29,718 nucleotides of DNA, taken from contig JBBSVW010000079.1 in assembly GCA_038046605.1 (NCBI GenBank), positions 1 to 29,718 on the forward strand, in the 5' to 3' direction. The first letter of the stretch is position 1. Each line of letters begins with the position of its first letter. Origin of the DNA: Candidatus Micrarchaeota archaeon. GTDB taxonomy: Archaea; Micrarchaeota; Micrarchaeia; Norongarragalinales; SBBD01. The notes beneath the pieces are model-generated. The model ran no database searches. It was not told where the DNA came from and worked only from the letters and a program-made list of their open reading frames with translations. A program made the position numbers and the translations under genes. Positions 1 through 8,614 of the stretch are shown here, in pieces.

Positions 1-123
1 AATCACGACAAAAAAATTTGAGTAAAATGTTCAAATACATAGGTCTTTAGCTATAGCACCCGAAACCACCCCTCCAGATAGCCTTTTATTTCAATATTAT
101 AACATATTATAATGGTGAAAAGC

Positions 124-333
124 ATGTCAACTGTTTTTGAGTCAAAAGTGCGCCCAATTGGTTCATCCTTAGGGTTAATCATCCCAAGTGAAATCATAAC
201 GCGCCAGCACCTATCTTCAGGGAACAAGGTAGAGGTTGCAATACTTAAGCGTGATTTTTCCCTAATCCGAAAATTAATGGGTTCCATGAAAGGAGCAAAG
301 CCATTTGTTAGGGATCGGCGGGATCGAATTTAG
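124..333 (+). CDS. AbrB/MazE/SpoVT-type antitoxin (VapB-like)
   Basis: 'SKVRPIGSSLGLIIPSEI...LSSGNKVEV' swapped-hairpin motif, directly upstream of a PIN toxin. ATG124 is preferred over ATG112 because GGTGA lies just before it. Confidence 0.85.
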   Translation: MSTVFESKVRPIGSSLGLIIPSEIITRQHLSSGNKVEVAILKRDFSLIRKLMGSMKGAKPFVRDRRDRI

Positions 334-342
334 GCGATAGGC

Positions 343-717
343 ATGTTTGTTGATACTTGGGCATGGGTTGAGATTTTCCAGGATACTGTTATAGGAAGAA
401 AAACAGCAGACCTGATAGAAGGGAAAACATTGGTTATCAGTGCTCTTACGATTGCTGAAATAGCTGCATGGTGCTCCAAGACAAATAGGGAAGTTGCCAT
501 CTATCTCAACAGCCTTAGGGAAAATTGCATGATTATTTCAGTTACAGATGAAGATGCACAGCTCGCGGGCGTTAGTTTGAATAACTTACGCCAAAAAGTG
601 CCCGGAATAGGGATGATCGATGTAATAATCTATAATCAGGCGATCTCCCTAGGGCTCCCTCTTTTGACTGGCGATCCTCATTTCCGGAAACTGGAAGGAG
701 TAACCTTCCTAGGGTAA
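343..717 (+). CDS. vapC: PIN-domain toxin, VapC family
   Basis: 'FVDTWAWVE', 'TIAEI', 'MIDVII' and 'LLTGDPHF' acidic PIN motifs; 124 aa; 9 bp after the antitoxin. Confidence 0.9.
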   Translation: MFVDTWAWVEIFQDTVIGRKTADLIEGKTLVISALTIAEIAAWCSKTNREVAIYLNSLRENCMIISVTDEDAQLAGVSLNNLRQKVPGIGMIDVIIYNQAISLGLPLLTGDPHFRKLEGVTFLG

Positions 718-718
718 A

Positions 719-2107
719 TCAAAGCGGCTCAAACCTTGCCGTGAAATGCCTAAGGGAGCTCTTCACCCCGTAGGTCATCCTCATTCCTTTGATTTTATTC
801 CTCCTCTTGAAAATATTAATCAGCGCATCCGCAACAACATCCATGTGCCTGTCCGTATACACTCTTCGCGGAATTGCCAATCGTAAAAGCTCCAATTCCG
901 GCGGCACCAATTTCCCATCATCCCCAAATTTCCCAAATGCGCATGTTCCAAGCTCAACTCCCCTAACGCCGGCTTCAGCAAACAATTCCACTCCGAGCCT
1001 TTGGGCTGGAAATTCACTTTGCGGGATTTTCGGGAAGAACTTTTTCGCATCGACATAAATCGCATGCCCTCCAAATGGTTTGAGGACAGGCACGCCTGCT
1101 TTAGCCAAACGATCCCCCAAATATTCCACCTGCCTAATCCGATTCCTCAAATAATCCTCATCCAGCGCCTCCCGCATTCCTATAGCAACCGCCTCAAGAT
1201 CCCGGCATGCCATCCCTCCATATGATGGGAACCCTTCGATTAGAATCAGCATTTCCCTGGCTTTTTCAAAAAGCGCATCATCATTCATCGATAGGCATCC
1301 TCCGATGTTCACAAGCGCATCCTTCTTTGCAGAAAATGTGCATCCATCCGCATACGAAAAAAGCTCCTTTGCAATCTCCTTAACGCTTTTGCTTTCGTAC
1401 CCCTTCTCCCGAGTTTTGATAAAATAGCAATTCTCGGCGTACCTGCACGCATCAATGAAAAGCGGGATCTTATTATCCCTTGCAATTTTGCTTACCTCCC
1501 TCACATTTTCCATGGAAACCGGCTGGCCCCCTCCCGCATTATTGGTGATTGTGAGTAAAATTAGTGGAATTTTTTCCTTCCCCTCCTTCCTAACCAACTC
1601 CCTTAATTTCCCCGTATCCACATTCCCCTTGAATGGCGCAATCTTTTCCGTATCGTAAGCGTCTTTGATGACCAGATTTTCCGCGGTCCCCCCGTTATGC
1701 TCCACATTTGCACGGGTGGTATCAAAATGCGTGTTTGAGGGCACAATATCCCCCTTTTTCACCATGCACGAAAAAAGGATGTTTTCCCCCGCCCGCCCCT
1801 GATGCACAGGCAGCACGTTCCTAAACCCGAAAATTTCCTTTACCGTCCTTTCAAACTTATAGAAATTCCTACTCCCCGCATACGCCTGGTGGCCCATCAT
1901 GAGCCCGGCCATCTGCACATCGCTCATGGCTGATGTCCCAGAATCCGTCAGAAGATCGATATACACATCGTCCGCCGCTAGATTGAATAGGTTGTAGCCG
2001 GTTTGCTCTAGCGCTTTTTCCCGATAAGCCCCATTTGTGGTTTTCAGGTGCTCAATTACCTTGATTCGGAAAGGCTCGGCAAGATAGGTTATTTCATTAG
2101 AACTCAT
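719..2107 (-). CDS. tnaA: Tryptophanase (PLP-dependent beta-eliminating lyase, TnaA/Tpl family)
   Basis: 'IDLLTDSGT', 'HQGRAGE', 'SAKKD' (PLP lysine) and 'RLAIPRRVYT'. Specificity positions are TnaA-like ('HFDTT', 'VELG', 'LRHFTA') rather than Tpl-like (FTTT, ERG, LRFFTA). Confidence 0.85.
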   Translation of the reverse strand: MSSNEITYLAEPFRIKVIEHLKTTNGAYREKALEQTGYNLFNLAADDVYIDLLTDSGTSAMSDVQMAGLMMGHQAYAGSRNFYKFERTVKEIFGFRNVLPVHQGRAGENILFSCMVKKGDIVPSNTHFDTTRANVEHNGGTAENLVIKDAYDTEKIAPFKGNVDTGKLRELVRKEGKEKIPLILLTITNNAGGGQPVSMENVREVSKIARDNKIPLFIDACRYAENCYFIKTREKGYESKSVKEIAKELFSYADGCTFSAKKDALVNIGGCLSMNDDALFEKAREMLILIEGFPSYGGMACRDLEAVAIGMREALDEDYLRNRIRQVEYLGDRLAKAGVPVLKPFGGHAIYVDAKKFFPKIPQSEFPAQRLGVELFAEAGVRGVELGTCAFGKFGDDGKLVPPELELLRLAIPRRVYTDRHMDVVADALINIFKRRNKIKGMRMTYGVKSSLRHFTARFEPL

Positions 2108-2175
2108 GGTATTCCCCCCTCTCCTTTTCCTTCACATCTTTTATAACCGTTTGCAGTTATAGCTATGCTGATAAC

Positions 2176-3075
2176 ATGATCCTAGCAACCGGCACAGTGG
2201 CACTAGATACGACACGCACACCCTTCAAAACAGCGCAACGGGTGCTCGGAGGGAGTGCAAGCTATTTTTCACTGGCCGCCCGGTTTTTTTCACCGGTTGC
2301 AATAGTTGGGGCAGTTGGGCATGATTTCCCCCCCGCCTATTGGGATTTGCTTGAAAAGGCAGGAGTAAATTTGCAGGGATTGCAAAAGCACCCCGCCCAA
2401 AAAACCTTCTTTTTTGATTCCACCTTCTCCTTTGACATGTACACCCGCACGGCGAATGCAACCGAGCTAAATGTTTATGAAAATTTTGAACCCAAAATAC
2501 CTGATGATTTGAAATCCTCGGAATACGTCTATTTGGGCACTTCCCCCCCTGAAAAGCAGCTCAAGGTTTTGAGGGAATTTTCAAATCCTAAATTCTCAGT
2601 GCTGGATACGATCGAATTTTACATCCAGAACTCGAAAGCCGCCCTCGAAAAAACCATTTCCGAAGTTGACGGTATAGTTCTAAACGACATTGAAGCGCGC
2701 ATGCTTTGCAACACCCCAAATATCATCAAGGCGGCAAAGCATCTTTCCAATTTGGGCCCAAAGGTTGTGATCATAAAGAAGGGCGAGCACGGCTCAATCC
2801 TCTTCTACAAGGATGTGATCTTCCCCCTTGCCGCCTTCCCTCTTGAAAGCTCAATTGACCCAACCGGCGCTGGTGATTCATTTTCCGGCGGCTTCATGGG
2901 CCATATCGCAAGGAAGGGCAAGCTCACTCTAAAAACCCTAAAGGAGGCGGTCGCCTACGGCAACCTGATGGGCTCATTTGCAATAGAGGATTTCTCGGTT
3001 GACCGGCTCGTTTCACTGACACTGGATGAAATTGAGAAAAGGATGAAGGAATATAGGAAATTGACGAGATTTTAG
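2176..3075 (+). CDS. PfkB/ribokinase-family carbohydrate or nucleoside kinase
   Basis: 'GTVALD', 'LGGSASY', 'VGHD', 'IIKKGEHG' and the 'DPTGAGDSFSGG' PfkB signature. Confidence 0.9.
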   Translation: MILATGTVALDTTRTPFKTAQRVLGGSASYFSLAARFFSPVAIVGAVGHDFPPAYWDLLEKAGVNLQGLQKHPAQKTFFFDSTFSFDMYTRTANATELNVYENFEPKIPDDLKSSEYVYLGTSPPEKQLKVLREFSNPKFSVLDTIEFYIQNSKAALEKTISEVDGIVLNDIEARMLCNTPNIIKAAKHLSNLGPKVVIIKKGEHGSILFYKDVIFPLAAFPLESSIDPTGAGDSFSGGFMGHIARKGKLTLKTLKEAVAYGNLMGSFAIEDFSVDRLVSLTLDEIEKRMKEYRKLTRF

Positions 3076-3585
3076 GTGCGTACAATAATGATGGAGCCTG
3101 AATTAAGGTCAAAGCCAATAATCGCATCGGATAGGCTTCTCGATATACGGCTATCGCGAGTCCGGACGATAAACGAATTGGTGAAAAATGCCAATAGATA
3201 TAGGAGAGGTGGCGATGCACAAGCGATCCCCCTTTCTAAGTCTTTGCAGAGGCTCATCATGGTTGGTCGGCATACCTCGCCGGAAGGTTGGCTCGTAGGA
3301 AAATTGTTGCAAGGGAGAAAATTAACCCCCGGCAATTGGAATGGACTTATCCGACGATATTTCCGGATGGGAGGATCGGCTGATTCTTTAAATCATTTTA
3401 CTATTAGGGCAACTAAAGCCCTTAGATTTTCCGGGCAATATGTGGAAAGATTCACTTTCGATATTCCAACAATTGAAATGGCGGACTTCAGGCATACAGT
3501 TAATGGGGCTGTGACCTTTGTTAATGGCAGATTGATGCGGGCCCATTATACTGCGCAGCAACTAATTAGAAAAGAAAAACGCTAG
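3076..3585 (+). CDS. Hypothetical Arg-rich protein (start may be ATG3088)
   Basis: 169-codon ORF filling the gap between the pfkB gene and the convergent PEP-utiliser gene; no recognisable motif. Confidence 0.55.
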   Translation: MRTIMMEPELRSKPIIASDRLLDIRLSRVRTINELVKNANRYRRGGDAQAIPLSKSLQRLIMVGRHTSPEGWLVGKLLQGRKLTPGNWNGLIRRYFRMGGSADSLNHFTIRATKALRFSGQYVERFTFDIPTIEMADFRHTVNGAVTFVNGRLMRAHYTAQQLIRKEKR

Positions 3586-3600
3586 ATATGTATTGACCAA

Positions 3601-5082
3601 TCAGATTTTCCTAATTATCCCTCTTGCCGCATCAACTTCCACAACATCCCCATCCTTCAATATTTTATTCGCATTCTTCACACCGACAATGCAGGGGATG
3701 TTAAGCTCGCGGGAAACAATTGCCGCATGGCACATTATCCCTCCTTCATTAGTGATGATTGCCGCAGCCTTCTTCATCGCCGGCACCAAATCCGGGGAGG
3801 TTGCCGCAGAAACCAGAATATCTCCCTTTTCCATTTTTACCATATCCGCCATGACATTGATTATTTTTACCTTTCCATTCGCCTTACCCGGGCATGCCGG
3901 CATACCCCTAAGCTTTGTTGCTTTTGCATCAATCTCGTCCGTTGCAAATTCGCATTTGGAAAATTCCTCCTTTGCCTCCTTCCCCAAAATGATACTCTTT
4001 CCGCTTCTTTCCACAATTAAAAGCGAGCAGGCGATCCTCTCCTTTGCCATCCCCTTAAACTTGCCTGGATCTTCCATCACATTTTCCATTTCCTCCATGA
4101 AAAGATACATCGATTCCAGCGACGTAAGGCCTGCCCTCCTTCCGATTTCCACCTGCACCTCCATGTTGTTCCGGGTTGCCTGCTGGAATTCATGCTCGCG
4201 CGCCCATTTGTAATAGCCCATGTTCCTCACATGGTCGAATACGGAAATTTCCTCCACGCTTAATTTGAGCAATCGGCAAACCCTGGTGAATTCCTCCGAA
4301 ACCATGCGCTCGTAATCGTCCAATAAGGCTATTTCCTCCTCGATTTTTGCCCCCAATTTTTCCTCAACTAGCTTGGCATAATGATCAATATCCCAGCCAA
4401 CCAAATTGCTGTAATCATACGAGAGCCATTCGAAATCGGCCGCCATCCTTTGCAATTCCTCCCCAAATTCCCTCCTGATTTCACTTGCGCCATCAATTAC
4501 TTTTTCCTTTGCCTTCCGCGCAATCTCAAGAACCCTCTTTTCCTGCGCCTGCGTCTTAAGCCTGTAGGGCGAGCGGGTCAATGCAAGGAGGTAATCGGCG
4601 AATTTTTCCGGCTCCCGCGCAGTTTTCTCCCGAAGGATTTCCATCATCCGGTTGTATAGCGGCGTATCTTGCTGGTAGCCCATGATGATAAGCGAGGCTG
4701 CGTAGCTGTACGTTTCAAAAAAGCGCTTGTGAAATTCATCCATATGCCCAATTAGTTCATCACTCCCAATTCCACTAAGTTCTTTTCCCGCATATTTTTC
4801 GCTGAAAGCATTCAGGAGCTTTCCTTTCTGCAGGCTTTCCCTGAAAAATGCAAAAACACGGTAGGGGTTCCGCATTATTTCCTCATTCAGGAATTGTGCG
4901 GTTTTCCGCAGCTCCGCTTCCGGATAATAATACTCCGTTTGGCCATCCTTCCAGTAGCTGTACGATGATTCAATTGCGCTCTCCGGCAAGATTTTTGAAA
5001 ACCCCTGCACGGATGCCTCGATAACCACGCTGACAACTGAAGGCGAATAAGGCCTATGGCTCCAAATCCTGGTGTATCTCAT
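3601..5082 (-). CDS. PEP-utilising enzyme mobile (His swivel) domain protein with a long helical N-terminal region
   Basis: C-terminal 'LRGMPACPGKANGKV...GDILV...TSPD...AIITNEGGIMCHAAIVSRELNIPCIVG...DGDVVEVDA'. No ATP-grasp or PEP-binding barrel is recognisable. Confidence 0.85.
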   Translation of the reverse strand: MRYTRIWSHRPYSPSVVSVVIEASVQGFSKILPESAIESSYSYWKDGQTEYYYPEAELRKTAQFLNEEIMRNPYRVFAFFRESLQKGKLLNAFSEKYAGKELSGIGSDELIGHMDEFHKRFFETYSYAASLIIMGYQQDTPLYNRMMEILREKTAREPEKFADYLLALTRSPYRLKTQAQEKRVLEIARKAKEKVIDGASEIRREFGEELQRMAADFEWLSYDYSNLVGWDIDHYAKLVEEKLGAKIEEEIALLDDYERMVSEEFTRVCRLLKLSVEEISVFDHVRNMGYYKWAREHEFQQATRNNMEVQVEIGRRAGLTSLESMYLFMEEMENVMEDPGKFKGMAKERIACSLLIVERSGKSIILGKEAKEEFSKCEFATDEIDAKATKLRGMPACPGKANGKVKIINVMADMVKMEKGDILVSAATSPDLVPAMKKAAAIITNEGGIMCHAAIVSRELNIPCIVGVKNANKILKDGDVVEVDAARGIIRKI

Positions 5083-5315
5083 TTAACCACTTCAATAAAT
5101 ACTACTGAATCAAATTACAACTATATTCAAAATGGCCATTTTCCCCACATCCATTTCGAATGATTTCACGGCCACATCGGTATTCCGTCCGATGCAGTAT
5201 CCCTCCCCCAGCTCAATAGTGCCAATATCCCCAAAAATAAAAACAGCTCCATAGAAACCCCTCAAGCCGCAATGCAGCTCTCATAGTGGTATAACTAACC
5301 TTCCTAATTAGAATT

Positions 5316-5335
5316 TAGCCGCGATAGCGCGGTTA
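5316..5335. promoter_or_regulatory. Palindrome TAGCCGCG-ATAG-CGCGGTTA, candidate operator or hairpin
   Basis: CCGCG-N4-CGCGG inverted repeat between the HTH regulator and the downstream minus-strand genes. Confidence 0.35.
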
Positions 5336-5408
5336 TTTGATTCGTATCCAAGACCAGCCTCATCACTTGCCTCGCCTCACTTCCTTGACCATCCCCTCCA
5401 CATCCCTT

Positions 5409-6080
5409 TCATTTCAACTCATCAATATCCGGCGTCAGGAATTTCCAAAGCGCCGGGAAGAGCTTGCTCTCCGCAATGCGCAAATGCTCCCGGAATGTGC
5501 TCTCGGGCGTTTTCAATTTTTTTGCAACCGTCTCAAGGTTATTTTCCCGCGGATAGGAATAATAGCCGTACTTGCACGCCATCTCGTATGCCCAGCGCTG
5601 CTTTTCCGTCAGTTTGGAAAACGCGCTTGGCATGAATAAATTCAAATCCTCCTCCCTAAGCGAAAGCATCTGCGCCCATGCATCCTTTTTGTTGCGATTC
5701 ATCCTTTCCATGAGCTTTTTTATGTGCTTTTTTTCCATCGCCGCAATCTCCCAATACTCGAAGCCATCCTTTGCAATCGGGGGCCTCAGCTGGAAGACGC
5801 TGCCATCTAGTAAAATGGTGTGGTACGTCCTGCTTGCAGGCATCTTGAATATGACCTGCCTTCCGGATGCCTTCAATACCTCTATCCGGGGATCCGCCAT
5901 GATCGCCCTCATCAGTTTGTCCGAATCCTTCCCGAACACCAGCCCAACCCTTGTAATGAATGTGGTTTCGCCCTCCTGGTAGGTATTCAAATAATAGTTG
6001 GTGAAGACCGCATCCAACTCCCGCGTCTTATCCGTCACGTACGAATTCGCGTGCCAGAACTTTATCTTTGCGACCCACAT
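5409..6080 (-). CDS. Bacterio-opsin activator (HTH_10)-type transcriptional regulator
   Basis: C-terminal 'LTEKQ..AYEMA...GYYSYPRE..LETVAKKL..PESTFREHLRIAESKL', the typical HTH_10 pattern. ATG6080 is chosen over TTG6089. Confidence 0.88.
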   Translation of the reverse strand: MWVAKIKFWHANSYVTDKTRELDAVFTNYYLNTYQEGETTFITRVGLVFGKDSDKLMRAIMADPRIEVLKASGRQVIFKMPASRTYHTILLDGSVFQLRPPIAKDGFEYWEIAAMEKKHIKKLMERMNRNKKDAWAQMLSLREEDLNLFMPSAFSKLTEKQRWAYEMACKYGYYSYPRENNLETVAKKLKTPESTFREHLRIAESKLFPALWKFLTPDIDELK

Positions 6081-6136
6081 AATTACCAATAGAATTAGTA
6101 TCGTCGGGTTTTATAATTAACTGAAAAAATTATCCC

Positions 6137-6180
6137 TTCTTCTCCATATACCCGCACTTCCCGCATCCCCACCTATCCGG
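6137..6180. repeat. 44-bp direct repeat, copy 1 (duplicate of the rps27ae 3' end)
   Basis: TTCTTCTCCATATACCCGCACTTCCCGCATCCCCACCTATCCGG is identical to 7652..7695. On the minus strand it reads ...[15 protein letters not shown] and continues G-stop. Confidence 0.97.
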
Positions 6181-6211
6181 CTGATTTGCATTTACTTTTG
6201 CTTCTGCCAGT

Positions 6212-6838
6212 TCATTTTTTCAATTCCCGCAAGAAACCACGTTTCCATTTTGCGAATTCATTCAAATTCAAGTTGAGATACTCCGCATCCTTCGGATTAA
6301 AAAAAAGCACCTCCTTTTCCAGCTCATCGCTCAATTTTTCAAGCTTGTATTTTTCCAATATTCCCTTATATTTCTCAAGCGAAAATCCCGAATGCACAAG
6401 CAATGTGAGGATATCTATCAAATCCTTTTTCCCTTTTGCAGAACCTCTCCTTTCCACTTCGGCGCCTTGTTTCAATATAATCAGCACTTCCGGCAAAGGC
6501 ACCCGGAAGCCTTGCACTACCGTCGAGTATTCCTTCAGGTGTTCAAGGGGAAAAGCGAGGCGCGAGTAACCCGGAAGGTAAATATCTGCATCGAATCCGC
6601 CCATCTTTATTTCGTATTTATGCAGCCGTTCATTCTTCTCCAAATTGAAATTTGCACGCAATAAGTTCAAGGCATTGTAGTCTATGACCATATCGATATC
6701 CTTGGATTTGTGAAGGCCCGCCCATACATATGCCGCCCAACCGCCGATGAGCGTAAATTCATATTCCTTCGATAGCGATATCAGCGCTTCCCAGCTCTTT
6801 TCCGTTACGCTTTCATTCCAGAATTCATGCATTTTCAT
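6212..6838 (-). CDS. Nucleotidyltransferase, AbiEii/type IV TA toxin-like
   Basis: 'LIGGWAAY', 'SKDIDMV', 'LKQGA...R...KGKKDLID'. Its ATG overlaps the upstream stop (ATGA at 6838..6835). Confidence 0.75.
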   Translation of the reverse strand: MKMHEFWNESVTEKSWEALISLSKEYEFTLIGGWAAYVWAGLHKSKDIDMVIDYNALNLLRANFNLEKNERLHKYEIKMGGFDADIYLPGYSRLAFPLEHLKEYSTVVQGFRVPLPEVLIILKQGAEVERRGSAKGKKDLIDILTLLVHSGFSLEKYKGILEKYKLEKLSDELEKEVLFFNPKDAEYLNLNLNEFAKWKRGFLRELKK

Positions 6839-7419
6839 TTCAACAGCCTCGCTTTCAATGCAAGAAGATAATCCCTTGCGTACCATTCCTTGAGATTCCA
6901 GAGATCGACATAAATTTGCGGCAGCGGTGCCGTTGCAGAATCCTTCATAAATTCATCCTTATTTAACACAAATAAATTCTGCCTGCCTTTCTGAAAAGGA
7001 AACCGCCACTTTATTTCCTCAAGGGTTTTAGCATCTGCGTATACATATGCCTCGCCGTAATCTGCAGGCGCGTCATCAAATCGCAGGCGGAACGCCGAAT
7101 ACGCGGTAAAGATTGTCCCGGGCGGCATTTCGCCCTCAATTTTAATTGGAGGCATTTCCGAACGCGTAGAATAAACGAGGTCCTTTTCAATGTTCCTGAT
7201 GGTCGCCCAGTATGTCAAAATCTTCTCAGCATCGGTTACAATAAAGGAGCGGGTTCTTTTCTCAATTCCCCCCATTTTCTCCAGGGGCTTTAGTGCATTG
7301 TTAACAGTGCTCAATGAAAAGCCGAATTTCCGTGAGAGCGAAAGCTGCGTAAAAGAATATTGCCTATGCTCCAATGCCTCGCTTAAAATATGCCTGTAGA
7401 CCAGCTCTTTTTTCAACAT
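6835..7419 (-). CDS. Winged-HTH plus AbiEi-like antitoxin
   Basis: N-terminal HTH 'TQLSLSRKFGFSLSTVNNALKPLEKMGGI'; 'FTAYSA' and 'PLPQIYVDLW' are typical of AbiEi C-terminal domains; coupled to the NTase gene. Confidence 0.75.
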   Translation of the reverse strand: MLKKELVYRHILSEALEHRQYSFTQLSLSRKFGFSLSTVNNALKPLEKMGGIEKRTRSFIVTDAEKILTYWATIRNIEKDLVYSTRSEMPPIKIEGEMPPGTIFTAYSAFRLRFDDAPADYGEAYVYADAKTLEEIKWRFPFQKGRQNLFVLNKDEFMKDSATAPLPQIYVDLWNLKEWYARDYLLALKARLLK

Positions 7420-7485
7420 GTTTCGAATATTGCCGATTATTATTTATAAATGTTTCGATGTTTATAGAAAGAAGTGCCGAAATAT
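7418..7485 (-). promoter_or_regulatory. TATA box (TTTATAAA 7443..7450) with flanking ATGTTTCG-type repeats, candidate autoregulatory operator
   Basis: ATGTTTCGA at 7418..7426 and 7450..7458; near-inverted copy CGAAATAT at 7478..7485; TATA ~24 nt before the antitoxin ATG. Confidence 0.45.
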
Positions 7486-7647
7486 TTTGAAAACTACGTT
7501 GGTTTGCGGCAAGTTCCGGAAGGCAGGTGCCGCCCTTCAGGCGATGCGGTAAAACACCGCTTTCAAATCACGATTCTCCGAAGATAAAGCGCCTTGGCCG
7601 AGCGCAATTCGTTTAATGCTGAAAAGGGCACTTTTCCGGGGCATCGG

Positions 7648-7785
7648 TTATTTCTTCTCCATATACCCGCACTTCCCGCATCCCCACCTATCCGGATGGC
7701 TTGCTAGATTGGAGCCGCACTTCGGGCATTTCCGCTTCTTGAAATCGTAATCCTTGAACTTCTTTGCGCCCTTTTTTACTGCCAT
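7648..7785 (-). CDS. rps27ae: 30S ribosomal protein S27ae (eS31), 45 aa
   Basis: Not in the ORF track. Translates as [45 protein letters not shown] with a CxxC..H.DR..CGKCGY zinc ribbon; conserved position after rps24e. Confidence 0.95.
   Translation of the reverse strand: MAVKKGAKKFKDYDFKKRKCPKCGSNLASHPDRWGCGKCGYMEKK
7652..7695. repeat. 44-bp direct repeat, copy 2 (inside the rps27ae 3' end)
   Basis: Identical to 6137..6180, offset 1515 bp. Confidence 0.97.
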
Positions 7786-7834
7786 AAATATTTCACCGTT
7801 TTATAATTTTTTACTATATGCCCTCTTTACAAAT

Positions 7835-7941
7835 GTTTTCTTTCCAGCGGAGCCGTTCGCCGCTTTCTTTTTCACCGGGCAGACAAAGTCTGCGCGGCCC
7901 CAAAGAACTTAAGTTCTTTTGGGAAAGAAAGGGGCAAGGCA
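7835..7941. repeat. Structured palindromic element, copy A (intergenic, rps24e-rps27ae)
   Basis: Core 7874..7923 (ACCGGGCAGAC-aaa-GTCTGCGCGGCCCCAAAGAAC-ttaa-GTTCTTTTGGG) sits inside CTTTCTTT/AAAGAAAG inverted repeats and matches 12535..12638. Confidence 0.85.
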
Positions 7942-7942
7942 G

Positions 7943-8239
7943 TTATTTCTTACCTTCCTCCGCCTTCTTTTCCGTCTTTGTTCCGCGCGCCCTCTTGTAT
8001 GCCGGCTCCTTCAATGCGCCCTGCGCATTATCATAAATCCTAACATATACCTTTGCATACTTGGTCCCAAACGGATGGACCACCCTTTCAATGATTATCT
8101 CATCGGCGGCTGCCGTGAACTGCTTTTGAATTTCACTCATCAGATGCTTCCTGGATGGCGTTTCCTTCTCCACCGGAAGCTTAACTATGATCTCCTTCCT
8201 CCCAAGCAATTTGTTTTCCTTGTTTTCCAATATTTCCAT
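7943..8239 (-). CDS. rps24e: 30S ribosomal protein S24e
   Basis: 'MEILENKENKLLGRKEI...TPSR...FGT..AKVYVRIYD...EP'; GAGGGG SD-like sequence before ATG8239. Confidence 0.93.
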   Translation of the reverse strand: MEILENKENKLLGRKEIIVKLPVEKETPSRKHLMSEIQKQFTAAADEIIIERVVHPFGTKYAKVYVRIYDNAQGALKEPAYKRARGTKTEKKAEEGKK

Positions 8240-8324
8240 ATGAACCCCTCGTTTTTTAGAATTGTTTTCCGAATGCACCAGATTACCTTGGTTTAATATC
8301 GTCCATTCATTTTTTCAAAATAAC

Positions 8325-8507
8325 CTATTTCAATTTAAGCGCAAACTTCCCCGGAACCTTTGCCCCTATTGCAGCGGCTATCAACGAATCCGTAGGATCC
8401 GCAACGTAGATCGTCCCCTCATAGCTTTTTGTCAGGTCGGATCCGCCGCAAACCGCGCACTTATCGCCCGCAAGGACAATTGCCCTGCAATTCCTGCATG
8501 CTTTCAT
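8325..8507 (-). CDS. spt4: Transcription elongation factor Spt4 (RpoE'')
   Basis: 'KACRNC...CAVCG...G...DP..SLIA......PGKFALK'; follows rpoE'. Confidence 0.93.
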   Translation of the reverse strand: MKACRNCRAIVLAGDKCAVCGGSDLTKSYEGTIYVADPTDSLIAAAIGAKVPGKFALKLK

Positions 8508-8614
8508 TTTGATTTCACCAATAATTTTTTTTATTTAAATGAAGGGTTTGGCGGGTGTAAAAGCGAGCAAGCAATTTTTTCCCGTTATCCCCCAATTCCA
8601 ATTTTTACATTCCT

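Noticed and set aside
719-2107. Tyrosine phenol-lyase
   Set aside because: The diagnostic positions are tryptophanase-type (Asp in FDTT, no Arg in VELG, His in LRHF).
6130-6211. A second functional rps27ae, or a read-through fusion to the toxin
   Set aside because: Only the second CxxC half is present, it has no suitable upstream start codon, and it is out of frame with the toxin stop.
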